NCBI GenBank assembly: GCA_965203445.1
Contig: OZ241883.1
Span: 32,001-96,000 of the forward strand
Direction: 5' to 3'
DNA length: 64,000 nt
DNA from: Candidatus Oxydemutator sp.
GTDB taxonomy: Bacteria > Pseudomonadota > Gammaproteobacteria > Poriferisulfidales > Oxydemutatoraceae
Shown here: one piece after another, positions 61,446-64,000 of the stretch
How the letters are laid out: the number at the start of each line of letters is the position of its first letter
How positions within the stretch are numbered: the first letter of the stretch is position 1
The notes under the pieces: model-generated
Told to the model about the DNA's origin: nothing
Databases searched by the model: none
Seen by the model: only the letters and a program-made list of their open reading frames with translations
Made by a program: the position numbers and the translations under genes

Positions 61446-61675
61446 TGTCAGCACCTCATTATTTTGCGTAGATTGGTTTCTTTATGATAAACCGGATGCA
61501 GACAAAAAACCGAAAACCGCCGCCACAATAAAGTTCGGCAACACTTGGCAGTCCCCGAGAACGCGGCGGGCGCCGGCCCCTCGCGCTCCCGCGCCGCACC
61601 CATGGTTTGCGCATAGCCTGCACATTTGTAATAGGGGGAAGGGACTGGAAAACCCGTCCCGTCCGCGACTCATGG

Positions 61676-61900
61676 TCAGTGGCGATCCGTGTAGGGCAAC
61701 AACGCCAAGTAGCGCGCGCGCTTGACGGCGGTGGCCAGTTGACGCTGGTAGATGGCCTTGGTGCCGGTTACGCGGCTCGGGATGATTTTGCCGGTGTCGC
61801 TGATGAAATCCTTGAGTAGCGCGACGTCCTTGTAGTCTATCTCGGTGACCCCGGCGCGCGTGAAACGGCAATACCTGCGGCCTTTGGGATAATTCGCCAT
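61676..61900 (-). CDS. rpsR: 30S ribosomal protein S18
   Basis: [35 protein letters not shown]. Confidence 0.97.
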   Translation of the reverse strand: MANYPKGRRYCRFTRAGVTEIDYKDVALLKDFISDTGKIIPSRVTGTKAIYQRQLATAVKRARYLALLPYTDRH

Positions 61901-61922
61901 CTGCTCCTATTCTCCCGCTTCG

Positions 61923-62585
61923 TCACGCCTTCGCGGAGTCGTCGCCGGTGTCGCCATCAGAGGCCGCGCCGGGGGAATCGGCGGCAGTGTCCGCGGGCGC
62001 TTGCGCGCCGGCGGCGGCCTTCGCGTCGGCGGCAGTGTCCTCGGGTGCTTGCGCACCGGTGACGGGGTTCGCGGGCGCTTGCGTACCGGCGGCGGCCTTC
62101 GCATCGGCAGCATTGTCCGCGGGTGTTTGCGCGCCGGCGGCAGCCTTCGCATCGGCGGCGGGGGTCGCGTCCGCTTGCGCACCGGCGGCGGCCTTCGCAC
62201 CGGCGGCCGCGGCGGGCGCCTTCGCCGCCGCTTTCACGCGCGCTTCGTCCTCTTCGCGCGCGCGCTCGGCGGCGCGCGCAATCGGAGAAGGCGCCGTCAC
62301 CGCGTGTTCGCGCCGGATTACGAGGTCACGAATCACGGCGTCGTTGAACTGAAACGAACGGGAAATCTCGCCGACCGCCTCGGACGTGGTCTCGACGTTC
62401 ATCAGAACGTAATGCGCCTTGTTGATCTTGTTGATCGGGTACGCAAGCTGGCGCAGGCCCCAGTCCTCGAACCGGTGCACGGCGCCGCCGCTGCCCTTTA
62501 CAATCTCGCGGTAGCGCGCGACCATCGCCCCGACCTGGGCGGTCTGGTCCGGGTGCACCAGGAACAGAATTTCGTAGTGACGCAT
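61923..62585 (-). CDS. rpsF: 30S ribosomal protein S6 with long Ala-rich repeat tail
   Basis: MRHYEI.FLVHPDQ, EDWG.RQLAYPI.K, FNDAVIR. Confidence 0.95.
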   Translation of the reverse strand: MRHYEILFLVHPDQTAQVGAMVARYREIVKGSGGAVHRFEDWGLRQLAYPINKINKAHYVLMNVETTSEAVGEISRSFQFNDAVIRDLVIRREHAVTAPSPIARAAERAREEDEARVKAAAKAPAAAAGAKAAAGAQADATPAADAKAAAGAQTPADNAADAKAAAGTQAPANPVTGAQAPEDTAADAKAAAGAQAPADTAADSPGAASDGDTGDDSAKA

Positions 62586-62689
62586 TATTTGTGGCTTTCC
62601 GCGGGAAGCTTTTTATTATAGGAAAAAGAGCCGCAGGAGTCAAATCGCCGTCTGCTATAGTAGCGGACGAAGGACGCGGTGACGCAACT

Positions 62690-63598
62690 ATGATTACCAC
62701 GACGCTGATGGGCGGACTCGGCAACCAGATGTTTCAGTACGCGGCCGGCAAAGTACTGGCGGAGAAGCATCGGACCTCGCTGCAACTATACTCGCGGCGG
62801 GCAGCGGACTATCGCCTGCACCCTTTCGATATAAAGGGAAAAGTGGTCTCCGACTATCCGCCGACGCCGCTCATGAGGCTGTGCCCGAAAGCAATCCGCT
62901 ACGAAACGCGGCCATTCACCATGGTGCTAGGGCGCTGCCTGGGATTCTGCTCCCTGATAACACGCGACGCGAAGCGCCGAATGACGAGACAGGTGATCTT
63001 GAACGAATTGGCATCACCCACTTCTGAATCCTTCCTCGGCACAAAGAGTCACGTTTTCTTACGCGGGTGTTGGCAAAAGCACGCTTACTACGAGCCTATC
63101 GCCGACGCGCTCGCGCGCGACTTCACCGTCAAGACGAAACCGAATGCCGCCAACCGTGACGTGCTGAGGCGCATTCGCGCGTCGTCCGAAGCCGTGGCCG
63201 TGCACGTACGGCGCGGGGATTATCAGTCCAGCTCGTACCACTACCTATGTAGTCCCAATTACTATCGCGCCGCCTTTCGGCACCTCCGTGAGGTGCTGAC
63301 CGACCCCGTGTTCTTCGTATTTTCCGATGACATGCAGTGGGCCAAGCGCCACCTGTCGCCGCCGGGAGAAACGCATTACATAGACAACAACGGACCGTCG
63401 CAGAGCCATGAAGACATGCGCCTGATGCAGGCGTGCTCGCACTTTGTCATCGCCAACTCGACCTTCAGCTGGTGGCCGGCGTGGCTTGCCGACGCGCCCG
63501 ATAAGATCGTCATCGCCCCCAAGATGTGGCACACGCCCGAGGTGGATGAAAGAAGGTGCCTCGGCAAGCATTGTCCAGAAGACTGGCTGCGCCTGTAA
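62690..63598 (+). CDS. GT11 alpha-1,2-fucosyltransferase-like protein
   Basis: GGLGNQMFQYA, VHVRRGDY, FVFSDD, IANSTFSWW.AWL. Confidence 0.9.
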   Translation: MITTTLMGGLGNQMFQYAAGKVLAEKHRTSLQLYSRRAADYRLHPFDIKGKVVSDYPPTPLMRLCPKAIRYETRPFTMVLGRCLGFCSLITRDAKRRMTRQVILNELASPTSESFLGTKSHVFLRGCWQKHAYYEPIADALARDFTVKTKPNAANRDVLRRIRASSEAVAVHVRRGDYQSSSYHYLCSPNYYRAAFRHLREVLTDPVFFVFSDDMQWAKRHLSPPGETHYIDNNGPSQSHEDMRLMQACSHFVIANSTFSWWPAWLADAPDKIVIAPKMWHTPEVDERRCLGKHCPEDWLRL

Positions 63599-63632
63599 TA
63601 GACCCGCCAATGGGCCTGTAACGGCGCGCGTC

Positions 63633-64000
63633 TCACCCCGGGCGCACGCCGCGGCGTCGGTTCAGGCGATGGAAAAACTTCCGGCGCGCGGCCTCGCCCG
63701 GCGGTGCCAGGTCAATTTCGCGCTCGCGCGGGGCGACGCGCATCAGCGTGACCTCCAGCGCGTCGCCCAGGCGGTATTCGCCGCCGCGCTCGCCCACCAG
63801 CCGGTGGCGCGCCGCGTCGTGGTGGTAGTAGTCGTCGTCTAGCAGACGCACGTGCAACAAGCCCTCGACGTAAAGGTTCTCCAACTCGATGAACAGACCG
63901 AACGACGTGACGCCGGTGACGACGCCGGCGAACGTCTCGCCGACGCGCTTTTCCAAAAACACGCACTTGAAGTAGCTTTCGACGTCGCGGCTTGCGTCGT
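63633..64000 (-). CDS. rnr: Ribonuclease R, C-terminal S1 domain (partial)
   Basis: ASRDVE..KC, GVVTGVTSFGLFIEL..VEGLLHV, YRLGD, REIDL. Confidence 0.9.
   Translation of the reverse strand, partial: DASRDVESYFKCVFLEKRVGETFAGVVTGVTSFGLFIELENLYVEGLLHVRLLDDDYYHHDAARHRLVGERGGEYRLGDALEVTLMRVAPREREIDLAPPGEAARRKFFHRLNRRRGVRPG

Overview
High-GC bacterial chromosome segment. Gene order and content (dnaE-rnhB, lpxB, glnS, glyA-nrdR-ribD, rpsF-rpsR-rplI-dnaB-alr, rnr) point to a proteobacterium, probably Gamma/Betaproteobacteria. The TPR expansions, several R-M systems, scattered glycosyltransferases and an NHLP precursor suggest a host-associated (e.g. sponge) symbiont, but that is inference. About 1.8-28.7 kb is a defence-rich island containing: a ubiquitin-like conjugation operon (Ubl, E2-like, JAB-E1 fusion) divergent from an HTH + HExxH peptidase pair; a Type III R-M; a triplicated FRG-TPR/TPR unit; an IS3 inserted at the apex of a REP-like hairpin, with stacked IS-end scars nearby; a Type I R-M with a half-size HsdS and embedded HTH-peptidase and KAP NTPase genes; and vapBC. 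The remainder is mostly housekeeping with small insertions: Fic with a 70-bp upstream repeat array; a PHP-ATPase (Ppl-like) plus Schlafen/AlbA_2 pair and an orphan MTase downstream of tRNA-Thr; two tandem glycosyltransferase-like paralogs, one with a G23 tract; a proteasome-type BPH gene in the rib cluster; and an orphan proteusin-like RiPP precursor in the ribosomal protein operon. All family calls come from reading motifs by eye; no searches were run.
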